The position numbers and the translations under genes are program-made. DNA of 64,000 bases from an uncultured Chloroflexia bacterium. GTDB taxonomy: Bacteria > Chloroflexota > Limnocylindria > Limnocylindrales > CSP1-4. Where the stretch lies: assembly GCA_963734535.1 (NCBI GenBank), contig CAVTHS010000008.1:224001-288000 (forward strand), written 5' to 3'. Shown here piece after piece: positions 49,687 to 59,476 of the stretch. Every line of letters starts with the position of its first letter. The first letter of the stretch is position 1. Under the pieces are notes generated by a model. The model saw only the letters and a list, made by a program, of their open reading frames with translations, did not search any database and was not told where the DNA came from.

Positions 49687-50013
49687 TCAGTCGAGCGAGG
49701 CGTTCGCCCGTCGGCGCGGAGGCCGATCCCAGCCGTGCCGCTTCGCCTCCTGGAGGTCAAGGTTCAGGTCGACGCGACGCATCACGACCAACCGGATCGC
49801 GGACAGGGGCAGGTGAAGGTCACGCTCCAGGAACCCCCGCTTCACGACGAGGAACTCGCCGACAGCCCGTACGTGACCGATCTGGTATCCGTCGACGTCG
49901 TGTACATCCCAGCCCGGCTTCAGGTCCTCGAGCCCGAACGTGCGCTGCGCGTGGCCCGGCGAGGTCTCCGGGAATCGGTAGCGAGCCCAGTAACCGGATG
50001 TGCCATTTGTCAT
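49687..50013 (-). CDS. PRC-barrel/DUF2171-like small protein
   Basis: LKPGWDVHDVDGYQIGHV...LVVKRGFLERDLHLPLSAI...GWDRPP. Confidence 0.65.
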   Translation of the reverse strand: MTNGTSGYWARYRFPETSPGHAQRTFGLEDLKPGWDVHDVDGYQIGHVRAVGEFLVVKRGFLERDLHLPLSAIRLVVMRRVDLNLDLQEAKRHGWDRPPRRRANASLD

Positions 50014-50330
50014 GAATCGGCAGTATATACGGGCTGTTTCTGCGTCGGGCGCGGCGGTCCTGCGGTGTGGATCGCCGGCTCTGCCTGTGGTCCATGCAGG
50101 AGACCCTCATCGTCGGTGTCACGCGAAGGCATGGGAATGACGTCGGCGGCCCTCCGGAGGAGCCGCCGACGTTGGAGTACCCGTGCCCCGGTGAATTGTT
50201 CACGACGGCGTAGGCCGCCCGGCCGACCTCAGGAGCTCGGCACGAACGGTCGAACCGGTCCCGGCCCTGGCGTCTCGCGCTCCTGAGATCGCCCTGTTAC
50301 AGAGGCACCCTGCCGAGCTTCGTCTTGGGG

Positions 50331-51440
50331 TTAGGCGTTCAGGGAGCGCTTGATGCTGATGCCGTACTGGTTTGCCATGAGCATGGCGTTGTACAGCGAC
50401 CTGGCGGTCACCGGGAAGGCGTGGTTGTGGCAGAAGGAACCCTCGGCGGTGTTCTCTTCGCACCACGTGTAGAGTCGCTCCTTGGAGATGTTCTGCATGT
50501 TCAGGTCTTCGAAACAGACCGGCAGACCAATCTTCGCCATGAACGTGACGATCCGCTTGGCTTCCTCGGCATCGATGTCCGGGTCCAGCATCAGCTGCGT
50601 GACGATGCCGAGGGCGACCTTCTCGCCGTGCAGAGCGCCGTGGGTCTCCTCCAGCGAAGGCAGGCCGTTACCCAGCGTGTGCGCGGTGGCCAGGCCACCG
50701 CTCTCCCATCCCAGGCCGGAGAGCAGGACGACCGCCTCGACGAAGCTCTCGAACCGTGGCGTCACGGCTCCGGCTTCCACGGCGATGAGCGCGTCTTCGG
50801 CGTTCGCCATGAGGGTCTCGAGGCACAGCTTGGTGAGCGCCATGACGGTATCAGTCGGCGTTCCGCCGGCGCAGGTGGGCTTCCGCGTCTTATAGCTTGC
50901 CAGCGCCTCGAGGTGGGTCGCCAGGGCGTCCCCGACACCCGCCTTCAGCATGCGTGGCGGAGCGTTCACGAGGACGCCAGTGTCGGCCAGGATGACATTG
51001 GGGCTGACGGGCCACAGGTCGAAGCCCGTCATGACGTGATTGTCGTCATACCAGACGGTACAGGCCGAGGTTGGGGCGTCGTTCGAGGCGACGGTGGGGG
51101 CGATGATCACCTTCATCTCGGTGTAGATCGCAACGGCCTTCGCGGCATCCATCACCTTGCCGCCACCCAGACCGACAACGATGTCGCACCCTTCGTCCCT
51201 ACACGCCTGGGCGATCGCCCGTGCGACTTCCTTCGTGCACTCGCCCGGGAACATGTACTCCACGAATCCCATGCCCGCCGACTCCAGGGCAGGGCCGACC
51301 ACACCCACCACGGCCTTCTTGGAGTTGGTGTCCCAGATGAGCATCGGCTTCTTGGCGCCCAGCGACGTCACGATGCCCGGCAACTCCTCAAGGGCGCGTT
51401 CGCCCTGGAAGTACTTGCCGGGGAAGATCATTGCTTTCAT
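50331..51440 (-). CDS. gldA: Glycerol dehydrogenase (GldA-family polyol dehydrogenase)
   Basis: PGKYFQG, GGGKVMDAAK, PTVASNDAP, GDALAT, SGLGWESGGLATAH, HGEKVA. Confidence 0.9.
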   Translation of the reverse strand: MKAMIFPGKYFQGERALEELPGIVTSLGAKKPMLIWDTNSKKAVVGVVGPALESAGMGFVEYMFPGECTKEVARAIAQACRDEGCDIVVGLGGGKVMDAAKAVAIYTEMKVIIAPTVASNDAPTSACTVWYDDNHVMTGFDLWPVSPNVILADTGVLVNAPPRMLKAGVGDALATHLEALASYKTRKPTCAGGTPTDTVMALTKLCLETLMANAEDALIAVEAGAVTPRFESFVEAVVLLSGLGWESGGLATAHTLGNGLPSLEETHGALHGEKVALGIVTQLMLDPDIDAEEAKRIVTFMAKIGLPVCFEDLNMQNISKERLYTWCEENTAEGSFCHNHAFPVTARSLYNAMLMANQYGISIKRSLNA

Positions 51441-51703
51441 GACGAATCCCTCCGCGTGGTCGCGCTGATCTGCTCACCGCCTGGTCGCGAGTCCGCCTCG
51501 GTTCGACGAGGCGATTGACGCCCTGGTGCCAGTCGCTTCCGCGAAGCTGTCCTATCGCCGCATGTCTCCGCGGCGTCGCGGCGCTCCTCGAGTCAGGCCC
51601 TGTTCCTGCCGCGATCCCGACGGCGGACCGGAGGACAGGGGAACGGTTGAGACTCACGGGGACGGGTGGGTGTCGTGGCGGAGCCCCCAGCACGTCCTGG
51701 CGG

Positions 51704-51735
51704 TGAGCAATTGTTCATCAGCGAGTGGGTGCTCA
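51704..51735. promoter_or_regulatory. Tandem operator pair A (SorC-type)
   Basis: TGAGCAATTGTTCA plus degenerate CGAGTGGGTGCTCA at an 18-bp period. Confidence 0.6.
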
Positions 51736-52141
51736 GTCACCATGATCGGCAGGTGCCGACCAGCGCCATGGGCCAATCGGACCGTTATCCCCAACCGGAT
51801 GGCCCAGCACTCTCCCCGGGTCGTCGACACCATCCGCGCCAGCCACGAAGCGCGTCTCGCCGCAGTTCACTCGCGGCCGCGCCAGCCGATCCCTCCCGAA
51901 CGGCGGCCGTTCCCCTTGCGGTTGGCCGCGGATCCCGCCGCCCACCTCCGGGTTGTGCGCCGAGTCACCTGGCATCGCCGTTGACGCGCTCGCAGGTGGG
52001 AGTTCGCAGCCACTAGCCGCGTGGCCGCGTCTCCAGTCGTTCGAGCGCCAGAACCTGCTTCGACACGGGACGCCGACGGCCACTCGGTTGGAAAAGAGGT
52101 CCGTTCAGCCCATGGCGTTGGTCCCGCCTGCGGACTATGCC

Positions 52142-52173
52142 TGAGTACATGTTCACAACTGAGCAGTTGCTCA
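52142..52173. promoter_or_regulatory. Tandem operator pair B (SorC-type)
   Basis: TGAGTACATGTTCA-CAAC-TGAGCAGTTGCTCA, 18-bp period, directly before the regulator ATG. Confidence 0.7.
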
Positions 52174-52191
52174 CAACTGGGACTTGAGTAC

Positions 52192-53208
52192 ATGCCCGAA
52201 GACCTGAGCCCAGACGCGTTCGAGCTGCTTGCGCGGCTTGCTGACCGCTACTACGTCGATGGGCAGACCCAGGTGGAGATTGCCCGGGAATTTGCCCTGT
52301 CGCGCCCAAAGGTGCAGCGGCTGCTTGAACAGGCGCGATCCACGCACGTTGTTGAGATCCGCATCGAGGCGCCGCCCTGGCTGAACCTCGACCTGGAGGC
52401 GCAGCTCCGCGAGACCTTCCGGCTCTCCGACGCCATCGTCAGCCCGACCCGGATGGATCCGCAGTCGCAGCGGGAAGCGGTGGCCAGGAGCGCGGCGCAG
52501 TTCCTGGAGCGCCACCTGGGTGACTCGGCGATCGTAGCCGTTGGACACGGCCGCGACACCGGCGAGGTGCCGCGATTCTTCCGGCCGCGCCAGCGCCTCA
52601 ACTGCACGTTCGTCAGCGCGATGGGCGGCTCGCCGAGCGTGGACACGCCGACGAACCCGAACGAGATCTGCCAGGCGCTGGCGGAGAATAGCGGTGGGCG
52701 CGCCGAGAGCCTCTATGCGCCCGCGTACGTGGAGAGCGCGGAGATGCGCGATCGCCTCCTGGAGCAGGAGACGATCGCCCACACCCTCAGTGTCGCCGCG
52801 CAGGCAAGCGTCGCCCTCGTCGGCATCGGTGGGACCGACGACGCATGCACCATGGTGCGCAGCGGCTGCCTCTCCGTGGACGAGATCGCCCACCTTCGCA
52901 GCCAGGGGGCGGTCGGCGACGTCCTCGGCAAGTACGTCGACGCGCGGGGCCACCTCATCCTGTCGCCCCACAGCAGCCGGCTGATCACCCTTTCAATCGA
53001 TCAGCTCATGCGGATCGAGACGGTGATCGCCGTCGTCAGCGAGGTCGAGAAGCCGGAGGCGATCTTCGGGATCCTCCAGGCAGGTGTCGTCGACGTCCTG
53101 GTCGTCGACAGACGAACGCCCGCACCGTCCTGGCGCGCGCGTGCGAAGCCGGAATCACAGGCCCCGTACCCCTTCGGCGCTCAGCGTCGCACCAGCCATG
53201 ACCCGTGA
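52192..53208 (+). CDS. SorC/DeoR/LsrR-family sugar-binding regulator (C-terminus probably frameshifted)
   Basis: YYVDGQTQVEIA...SRPKVQRLL, YAPAYV, LVGIG, GAVGDVLG. Confidence 0.92.
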   Translation: MPEDLSPDAFELLARLADRYYVDGQTQVEIAREFALSRPKVQRLLEQARSTHVVEIRIEAPPWLNLDLEAQLRETFRLSDAIVSPTRMDPQSQREAVARSAAQFLERHLGDSAIVAVGHGRDTGEVPRFFRPRQRLNCTFVSAMGGSPSVDTPTNPNEICQALAENSGGRAESLYAPAYVESAEMRDRLLEQETIAHTLSVAAQASVALVGIGGTDDACTMVRSGCLSVDEIAHLRSQGAVGDVLGKYVDARGHLILSPHSSRLITLSIDQLMRIETVIAVVSEVEKPEAIFGILQAGVVDVLVVDRRTPAPSWRARAKPESQAPYPFGAQRRTSHDP

Positions 53209-53415
53209 AACCACGCGGCGACAGCAGGTCCGTCCGAGCCATCGGCGCCCAGGCGCGACACGTTGCAGCCGTGAGGCAGACAGCCGCGTCCCGCCTATGA
53301 GTTGAGGCGTGCCTTTGGCGAATCACATGAACCCGCTTGTGCGGACCGTGGATGACGGGGGATCTAGCTCCGGCCCAGCCCAGCCCAGGGCAGCGGAGAG
53401 GTGTGGAGGCTTGAA

Positions 53416-54429
53416 ATGACGTTCGATACTATGTGGCTTGCCGCCGCGTTCGGAGGAGGGCTGCTCGGTGCTGCCCTCGGTGGCCTGCCCGTCTTCATTC
53501 TGTGCGGTTTCGCTGCGCTGATGGGTGTCGCAATCGCCCTGGCGGCCCCCGCTTCCGCCTTCGACAGTCTGGTCACCTGGGGTCCGATCCTCGGCCCGCA
53601 GATCTCATTCGCCGGCGGTGCGGCCGCGGCCGTGTACGCGCAGCGCATTGGCAAGCTTGGCAGCGGTCGCGACATCGCGGCAGGGCTGATGGGCCTCAAC
53701 CGGCCCGACGTGCTCCTCGTCGGTGGGCTGTTCGGCGCGCTCGGCTACGTGCTCTGGTGGGCATTCGCGCAGCTGCCCCTGATCGGCGGCATGGGTGCGA
53801 CCAACCCGATCGCGCTTTCGATCGTCGTCAACGCGATCATCGCCCGCGTCGCCTTCGGCAAGACCGGGGTGTTCGGCAAGGTCCGGGCCGGCGACAACCG
53901 CTGGCTGGCGAGCGATGTCGCGAGCTGGCTTCCGTGGCAGAACGACCCGAAGCAGCTTGTGCTGCTCGGTCTCGGTGGCGGCCTGGCCGTCTCCTGGCTC
54001 GTGGTCCAGGCTCCGGCCCTCGCGGTCGTCGGATTCGGCATCGCCACGATGGGCCTGGTCTTCCTGCAGTACGGGACCAAGGTCCCGGTCTGGCACCACA
54101 TCGCCCTGGCCTCCGGGCAGGTGATCGTCGTCGCGGGAGGCGACATGTGGTGGGGCGTGACCTTCGCCCTGATGGCCGCCTTCATCGGCGAGTTCTGGGC
54201 GTGCGTGTTCACAGCGCATGGCGACAGCCACATCGATCCGCCGTCGGCCTCCCTGGCGACCACCTTCACGATCATGGCCGTCTTCAACTACTTCGGCGCG
54301 TTCACGTTGACGGGCGCCCCTGTCGTCGTGATCGCTGTCGTAGTCGCCGCGGCGGGCTTCGGCCTGTTCACCTTCCTGCAGCGCCGCCCGAATGCGGCCG
54401 TTGCCGTCGCCTCTTCCGCAGCCGTCTGA
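53416..54429 (+). CDS. Uncharacterised multi-TM membrane protein, candidate sugar/polyol permease
   Basis: About 10 hydrophobic segments; GPQISFAGG, PVWHHIAL, HGDSHIDPP; first gene of the catabolic operon. Confidence 0.75.
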   Translation: MTFDTMWLAAAFGGGLLGAALGGLPVFILCGFAALMGVAIALAAPASAFDSLVTWGPILGPQISFAGGAAAAVYAQRIGKLGSGRDIAAGLMGLNRPDVLLVGGLFGALGYVLWWAFAQLPLIGGMGATNPIALSIVVNAIIARVAFGKTGVFGKVRAGDNRWLASDVASWLPWQNDPKQLVLLGLGGGLAVSWLVVQAPALAVVGFGIATMGLVFLQYGTKVPVWHHIALASGQVIVVAGGDMWWGVTFALMAAFIGEFWACVFTAHGDSHIDPPSASLATTFTIMAVFNYFGAFTLTGAPVVVIAVVVAAAGFGLFTFLQRRPNAAVAVASSAAV

Positions 54430-54542
54430 CCGTCCCGCTGCGAGATCCAACGCGCCGCTCCTCGGACCATGGGTGGCCGAGGAGCGGCAGCAACCAGCGT
54501 GCGCGAAGGCCGGACGAAACGCCGGCCGCAAGGAGTCTCTAG

Positions 54543-55274
54543 ATGGTTGATCTGTCGCGGATGGACAAGCACCAGGTCGCACGGCTCTTCGACTACTCCG
54601 TGCTTCCGAAGAACACCCAGGAAGCCGACATCCGCAAGGGATGCGCGGTTACCCGGGAGTACGAGTTCGCGGCGTTCTACAGCGCGTCCGCCTACTGGAC
54701 ACCCGTCGTCGCGGAGGAGCTCGCCGGGTATCCCGACATCGAGATCGGGACGGGAATCAGCTTCGCCTGGGGTGCGGCGCCGTCGTCGGTCAAGGCGTTT
54801 GAGACGGAGGACGCCGTCCGCCGCGGATGCACCGCGGTCGACCTCGTGACGAATGTCGGCGCGCTCAAAGACCGCAAGTACGACGTCATCCTCGAGGAGT
54901 TCACCTCGTTCGTGGCGGCCGCCGGCAAAGCCGTGACCAAATGCATCCTCGAGGTCTGCTTCCTGACCGACGAGGAGATTGCGACTGGCTGCAAGCTGAT
55001 CGCAGAGGCCGGCATCCAGTATGCGAAGACCTCATCCGGCCAGTTCGAAGGTCCGAGCCTCGAGCAGTTTCTCGTCATGAAGGACGCGCTGAAGGGCACC
55101 GACGTCAAGTTGAAAGTTGCCGGCGTGAAGTTCCCGCGCCCGCAGAACGCCTACGTCTTCCTGATGGCCGGAGCCGACCGGCTCGGCACGCGTGACGCGC
55201 CCGCCATCGTCAACGCTCTCGATCAGATGCGGGAGCTCGGGATCGTCCCGAAGCTCGAGCTCGTCACGGCCTGA
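54543..55274 (+). CDS. DeoC-like class I aldolase (divergent)
   Basis: FDYSVL, ISFAWG, KAFE, VDLVTNVG, KCILE, KTSSG, KVAG, GADRLGT. Confidence 0.85.
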   Translation: MVDLSRMDKHQVARLFDYSVLPKNTQEADIRKGCAVTREYEFAAFYSASAYWTPVVAEELAGYPDIEIGTGISFAWGAAPSSVKAFETEDAVRRGCTAVDLVTNVGALKDRKYDVILEEFTSFVAAAGKAVTKCILEVCFLTDEEIATGCKLIAEAGIQYAKTSSGQFEGPSLEQFLVMKDALKGTDVKLKVAGVKFPRPQNAYVFLMAGADRLGTRDAPAIVNALDQMRELGIVPKLELVTA

Positions 55275-55412
55275 CCCGTTGCCCGGAGACGGGCACGAGC
55301 CCGTGCGACATAAAGGAACGACCGCGCGCAGACGGTCGGAAGAAGCGGCGCCGGGTGGCCCGAACCCACTCCGGGTGGGTCGTCCGGCGCCTCGTGACAT
55401 CACAAGGAGTGC

Positions 55413-56957
55413 ATGGTGACGAAGTACCTGGCCGGTGTTGACGTCGGCACGACCGGCGCGCGCTGCATCATCTTCGACCTCAACGGGAACGCGGTCGGCG
55501 ACGACTACCGCGAGTACGGCGCCACCTATCCCCATCCGGGATGGGTCGAGCAGGACGCCGACGAGCTCGTGGCGCAGACGATGGAGGCTTGCCGCGCGGC
55601 AATCGCCAAGTCGGGCATCGAGCCCAAGGAGATCGCGTCCGTCGGCTTCTCCACCCAGCGGTCCGTCACCATCCCGATCGACAAGAACGGCCGGATGGTC
55701 CGCCCCCTTCTCGGCTGGCAGGACGCCCGCACCGGTGCGGAAGTCGCCGACATGCAGGCCCTGATCGACGGCCAGGACTACTACAACACCAGCGGGATGC
55801 CGATGGGCACGACCTGGCTCATCTCCAAGGTCCTCTGGATGCGCAAGAACGAGCCGGAGCTCTACGCCAAGACCGACCGGTTCATCCAGGTCCAGGACCT
55901 CGTCCTGAAGGCTTTTGGCGCCGACACCTACCACACTGACGCCCCCGACATGGCCTTCTACGGCACGTGGGACATCGGCAAGGTCGAGTGGAGCGAGCGT
56001 CTCTGCGAGCTGTTCGGCGTTCGGCCCGAGATGTTCGGTACGCCGACCCCGGCCGGCACGCAGGTCGCGACGATCAGCCCGGCCCTGGCAGAGAAGACCG
56101 GCTTCGCGGTCGGGACGCCCGTCTGCGTGGGTGCCGGCGACCAGAACTGCGGCGTGGTTGGCATGGGGTCAATCAAGCCCGGCATGGCCACGGTCACGCT
56201 CGGGACCGCGGGCCTGGCGATCGTCTCCCTGGCGAAGCCGATCGAGGGCATCGGCGGCCTGATGATCACGAACCATGCCGTCGAGGGCATGTGGGAGGCC
56301 GAGGGCCTCACGAACGCCGCGGCGAGCTCGTACCGCTGGTTCCGGGACACGGTCGGGACGCTCGAGAAGGAAGCCGCCAGCCATAACGGCCGCTCGGCAT
56401 ACGAGTATCTCAACGACCTGGCCGAGGCGGCCGGACCCGGGAGCAAGGGCCTCCTCTACCTGCCATTCCTCGCCACGGCGGCCACGCCGCGCTGGAACGC
56501 GAACGCCCGCTCAGCGTTCATCGGGATGTCGTTCGCCCATGGTCGCGGCGAGCTCGCTCGCTCCGTGATGGAGGGGGTCGTGCTCGAGATCCGCGACATC
56601 ATGCAGTCGTGGTATCGAGCCGGCGTCGAAGTCGACGTGCTTCGCCTCGGCGGCGGCGCAACGAAGTCGAAGCTCTGGAACCAGATCCAGGCCGACGTCT
56701 ACGGCAAGCCCGTTCAGACCCTCAAGGTCGGGGAGTCGACCGCGCTCGGAGCTGCCCTGCTGGGCGGCGTCGGGGCCGGCGTCTTCACCTCGATCGCCGA
56801 GGGCGTCGATCAGCTCGTGGCGGTCACGGGCCAGATCGAGCCGAATCCCGCCAACCACGCCATCTACGAGGAGATGTACGTGGCGTACGTGAAGGCATAT
56901 GAGGCGCTCGCGGACAGCGGCACGTTCGACGAGCTCGCCGGCATCCAGGCCCACTGA
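55413..56957 (+). CDS. FGGY-family sugar kinase (xylulokinase-like)
   Basis: GVDVGTTG, WQDART, GAGDQ, LYLPFL, RSVMEG, GGGATKS. Confidence 0.92.
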   Translation: MVTKYLAGVDVGTTGARCIIFDLNGNAVGDDYREYGATYPHPGWVEQDADELVAQTMEACRAAIAKSGIEPKEIASVGFSTQRSVTIPIDKNGRMVRPLLGWQDARTGAEVADMQALIDGQDYYNTSGMPMGTTWLISKVLWMRKNEPELYAKTDRFIQVQDLVLKAFGADTYHTDAPDMAFYGTWDIGKVEWSERLCELFGVRPEMFGTPTPAGTQVATISPALAEKTGFAVGTPVCVGAGDQNCGVVGMGSIKPGMATVTLGTAGLAIVSLAKPIEGIGGLMITNHAVEGMWEAEGLTNAAASSYRWFRDTVGTLEKEAASHNGRSAYEYLNDLAEAAGPGSKGLLYLPFLATAATPRWNANARSAFIGMSFAHGRGELARSVMEGVVLEIRDIMQSWYRAGVEVDVLRLGGGATKSKLWNQIQADVYGKPVQTLKVGESTALGAALLGGVGAGVFTSIAEGVDQLVAVTGQIEPNPANHAIYEEMYVAYVKAYEALADSGTFDELAGIQAH

Positions 56958-56968
56958 GCCAGCGAGGC

Positions 56969-57011
56969 CGAGACGGACCCGGACACCGAGGAGGCGTCCG
57001 GGTCCGTCTCG
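56969..57011 (+). other. Perfect 16-bp stem-loop inside the operon
   Basis: CGAGACGGACCCGGAC-11nt-GTCCGGGTCCGTCTCG. Confidence 0.75.
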
Positions 57012-57038
57012 CACCGATGGAGCAGCGAAGGAGTGGCG

Positions 57039-57908
57039 ATGCGCGCTTCCACCCTGGCTCTGGTTAGGGACGCGCAGGTCAAGGGATACGCGATACCTGC
57101 TTTCAACGTCGTTGATGCCCTCAGCCTGCGCGCGGTTGTCGAGGCGGCCGACGTTGCCCGGTCCCCCGTCATCATTCAGGCGTCCCTGAAAACGGCGAAG
57201 TCGGTGGGCGTGGAGCTGCTCACCCAATTGTTCGACGCGGCTGTCGCCTGCGTCACGGTTCCCGTCGCCCTGCACCTCGACCATTGTCCAGACGCATCGA
57301 TGATCGACGAGGTCGTGACCGCTCGATGGTCCTCGGTTCTCTTTGACGCCTCGCACATGGACCTCGACGACGCGGTCCGCGGTACGGCGGCTATCTGCGA
57401 GCTGGCGCACGCCGCGGGAGTCGACGTCGAGACCGAGATCGAAAACATCGTCGGGGTCGAGGACGGCGTCGGTTCCGACGCAATTGGCCATGCATATACC
57501 GCCGAGCAGGTCGCCGAGGCCGCTCGGGCCTCCGACGCGGACCTGATCGCTCCGCAGCTCGGAACGGCGCACGGTGAGTACAAGGGCCGTCCTCATCTCC
57601 TACCCGAGCGTGTCCGCGAGCTCAGAACCATCACCGACAAGCCGATCGTGCTTCACGGTGGCACGGGGCTTACCGAGCGAGAGTTCCGGACTTTCATCGC
57701 GGCCGGGATCTCGAAGATCAACATCTCGACCGCGGTCAAGCAGTCCTATATGCAGTCGTCCTACGAGTTCCTGAAGATCGCGGACGAGCGGAACGAATGG
57801 GATCCGGCGTCGATGTTCCGGTCGGTCCAGGGGGCCATCGGCGCCACGGTGTCCGAGTTCTTCGACATCTTCGGCTCGGCCGGCCGCATACCGACCCGGG
57901 GTACGTGA
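57039..57908 (+). CDS. Class II ketose-bisphosphate aldolase, copy 1
   Basis: PAFN, LHLDH, LFDASH, GTAHGEY, VLHGGTG, KINIST. Confidence 0.92.
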   Translation: MRASTLALVRDAQVKGYAIPAFNVVDALSLRAVVEAADVARSPVIIQASLKTAKSVGVELLTQLFDAAVACVTVPVALHLDHCPDASMIDEVVTARWSSVLFDASHMDLDDAVRGTAAICELAHAAGVDVETEIENIVGVEDGVGSDAIGHAYTAEQVAEAARASDADLIAPQLGTAHGEYKGRPHLLPERVRELRTITDKPIVLHGGTGLTEREFRTFIAAGISKINISTAVKQSYMQSSYEFLKIADERNEWDPASMFRSVQGAIGATVSEFFDIFGSAGRIPTRGT

Positions 57909-58059
57909 GCGGTGGCTGGTGCCCTGATCCTCGAATGCGCCGGCGTCGTCGCAGAAACAGAAACGCGAGGGCCATGGCGGCCGGCGATCGGTCCGGCTGC
58001 TGAACGGGACCGTCCACTGTCCATAGACCTCCGACTCGGAGGTCGCGCTGGAGACGAAG

Positions 58060-59421
58060 ATGTTGACCGTCAACTGCAACTCCACTGGAGAAGGCGCAGC
58101 TGTCATTCGCTACACGCTGGGCCAGCTCGGAGTCGGACCGGCGCGGGGAGACGTGGACGACGTGGCGCGGGTGGCGCACTTGGGCCTGGCGGCCGAAGAC
58201 GCTCGCTTCCTGCAGACGGCGGCGGCCGCCATTGGTGTCACCGCCCGGTTCCGTGACGTCGTCTCGACCTTCAGGACGCCTGCCGGCGAAACGCCCGCGG
58301 GTTTCCGGGTCGAGGCTTCATTGATGGCGGACGGGCTCCTGCTGATTGACCTGGTGCGGGACATCTCGTATGACCGCAACGGGGTGCGGCGGCCGACGGC
58401 CGTGGTGTACTCAGCGGACACGGCAAACCCCTACGAGGTGGCACCCATCGCGCCGCTCCTGGGGAACCTGACGTGCAACCCGGGCATCGTCTACGACCTG
58501 TTCATCAACAACCCATGCGCGAACGTCGGGCACAAGTTCAATACGCTCGAAGAGGTGATGTCCGAGCTGGGCAACATCCTCGGTCCCGGGTGCGATGTCT
58601 CCGTCGAGATCGAGAACCCGTTTGAGCCGGACTTCAACCGGATCCTGGACGCGATCGCGCCGTTCGAGGCGATCCTGTCGCCATACCGGCTCGTGGTGAA
58701 GGTCCCGCACATGGGCCCGGTGAACGCGGAGAATGTCAACGAGCTGCTGACCGGCGAGAAGCGCCTCGAGGCCTGGTACGCCACTCCGTCGACCCAGGAC
58801 GCATTTCGATCCCACAACCTCGCGCTGAAGCTACGCGAGCACGGTTACCGCGTGAACTACACGCTGATGTTCGAGCCGTACCAGACGGCCCTCGCGCTCC
58901 AGGCGAAGCCCTACTTCATCAACAGCTTCATTCGCCACCGACTGATCCAGTCCCAACAAATCGCCGCGCTGCTCGAGTTCTACCGCTCGAGCCGGGACAA
59001 GGCACACCTGGTGGTGCTGCGCGAGTACCTGATGGCTACCGATCATCTGAGCGTCGGCGGACCGATCCACGACCTGGTCGACGTCCTCCACTATGCCGAG
59101 GATCTGCTGGCGTACCGCAAATTCCACGAAGCCGAAGGTCGCGACGGACTCGACGGCGTTCGACACAACCTCCGCGTCCTCAGGCATGCCGGCCTGCCGG
59201 ACACACGCCTGATCGTCTGCAGCATGGAAGGCTCGAACAACTACCCGGACCTCGACAAGCTCGTGGTCGAGCCCGAGTTCGCCGACGTCATCGACCGCCT
59301 GGTCATCACGGCCGAGCCGAACTATCTCGCCAGGTTCACGTCGACCAACCAGGTCGTCAGCTACCAGCGGCGCTTCATGGCCGCGGCAGCGACCGCCCAG
59401 GTTCCCGTCGCGTCCGCCTGA
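58060..59421 (+). CDS. Transaldolase/FSA-family protein with long N-terminal extension; start uncertain
   Basis: SADTAN, LTCNPGI, VSVE, VVKVP (Schiff-base Lys), VNYTLMF. Confidence 0.8.
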   Translation: MLTVNCNSTGEGAAVIRYTLGQLGVGPARGDVDDVARVAHLGLAAEDARFLQTAAAAIGVTARFRDVVSTFRTPAGETPAGFRVEASLMADGLLLIDLVRDISYDRNGVRRPTAVVYSADTANPYEVAPIAPLLGNLTCNPGIVYDLFINNPCANVGHKFNTLEEVMSELGNILGPGCDVSVEIENPFEPDFNRILDAIAPFEAILSPYRLVVKVPHMGPVNAENVNELLTGEKRLEAWYATPSTQDAFRSHNLALKLREHGYRVNYTLMFEPYQTALALQAKPYFINSFIRHRLIQSQQIAALLEFYRSSRDKAHLVVLREYLMATDHLSVGGPIHDLVDVLHYAEDLLAYRKFHEAEGRDGLDGVRHNLRVLRHAGLPDTRLIVCSMEGSNNYPDLDKLVVEPEFADVIDRLVITAEPNYLARFTSTNQVVSYQRRFMAAAATAQVPVASA

Positions 59422-59476
59422 CCCGGCTGTCCTGGACCGGAGTGCAACCCATGTCAGCGCTAGGCGGGAGATCAAG

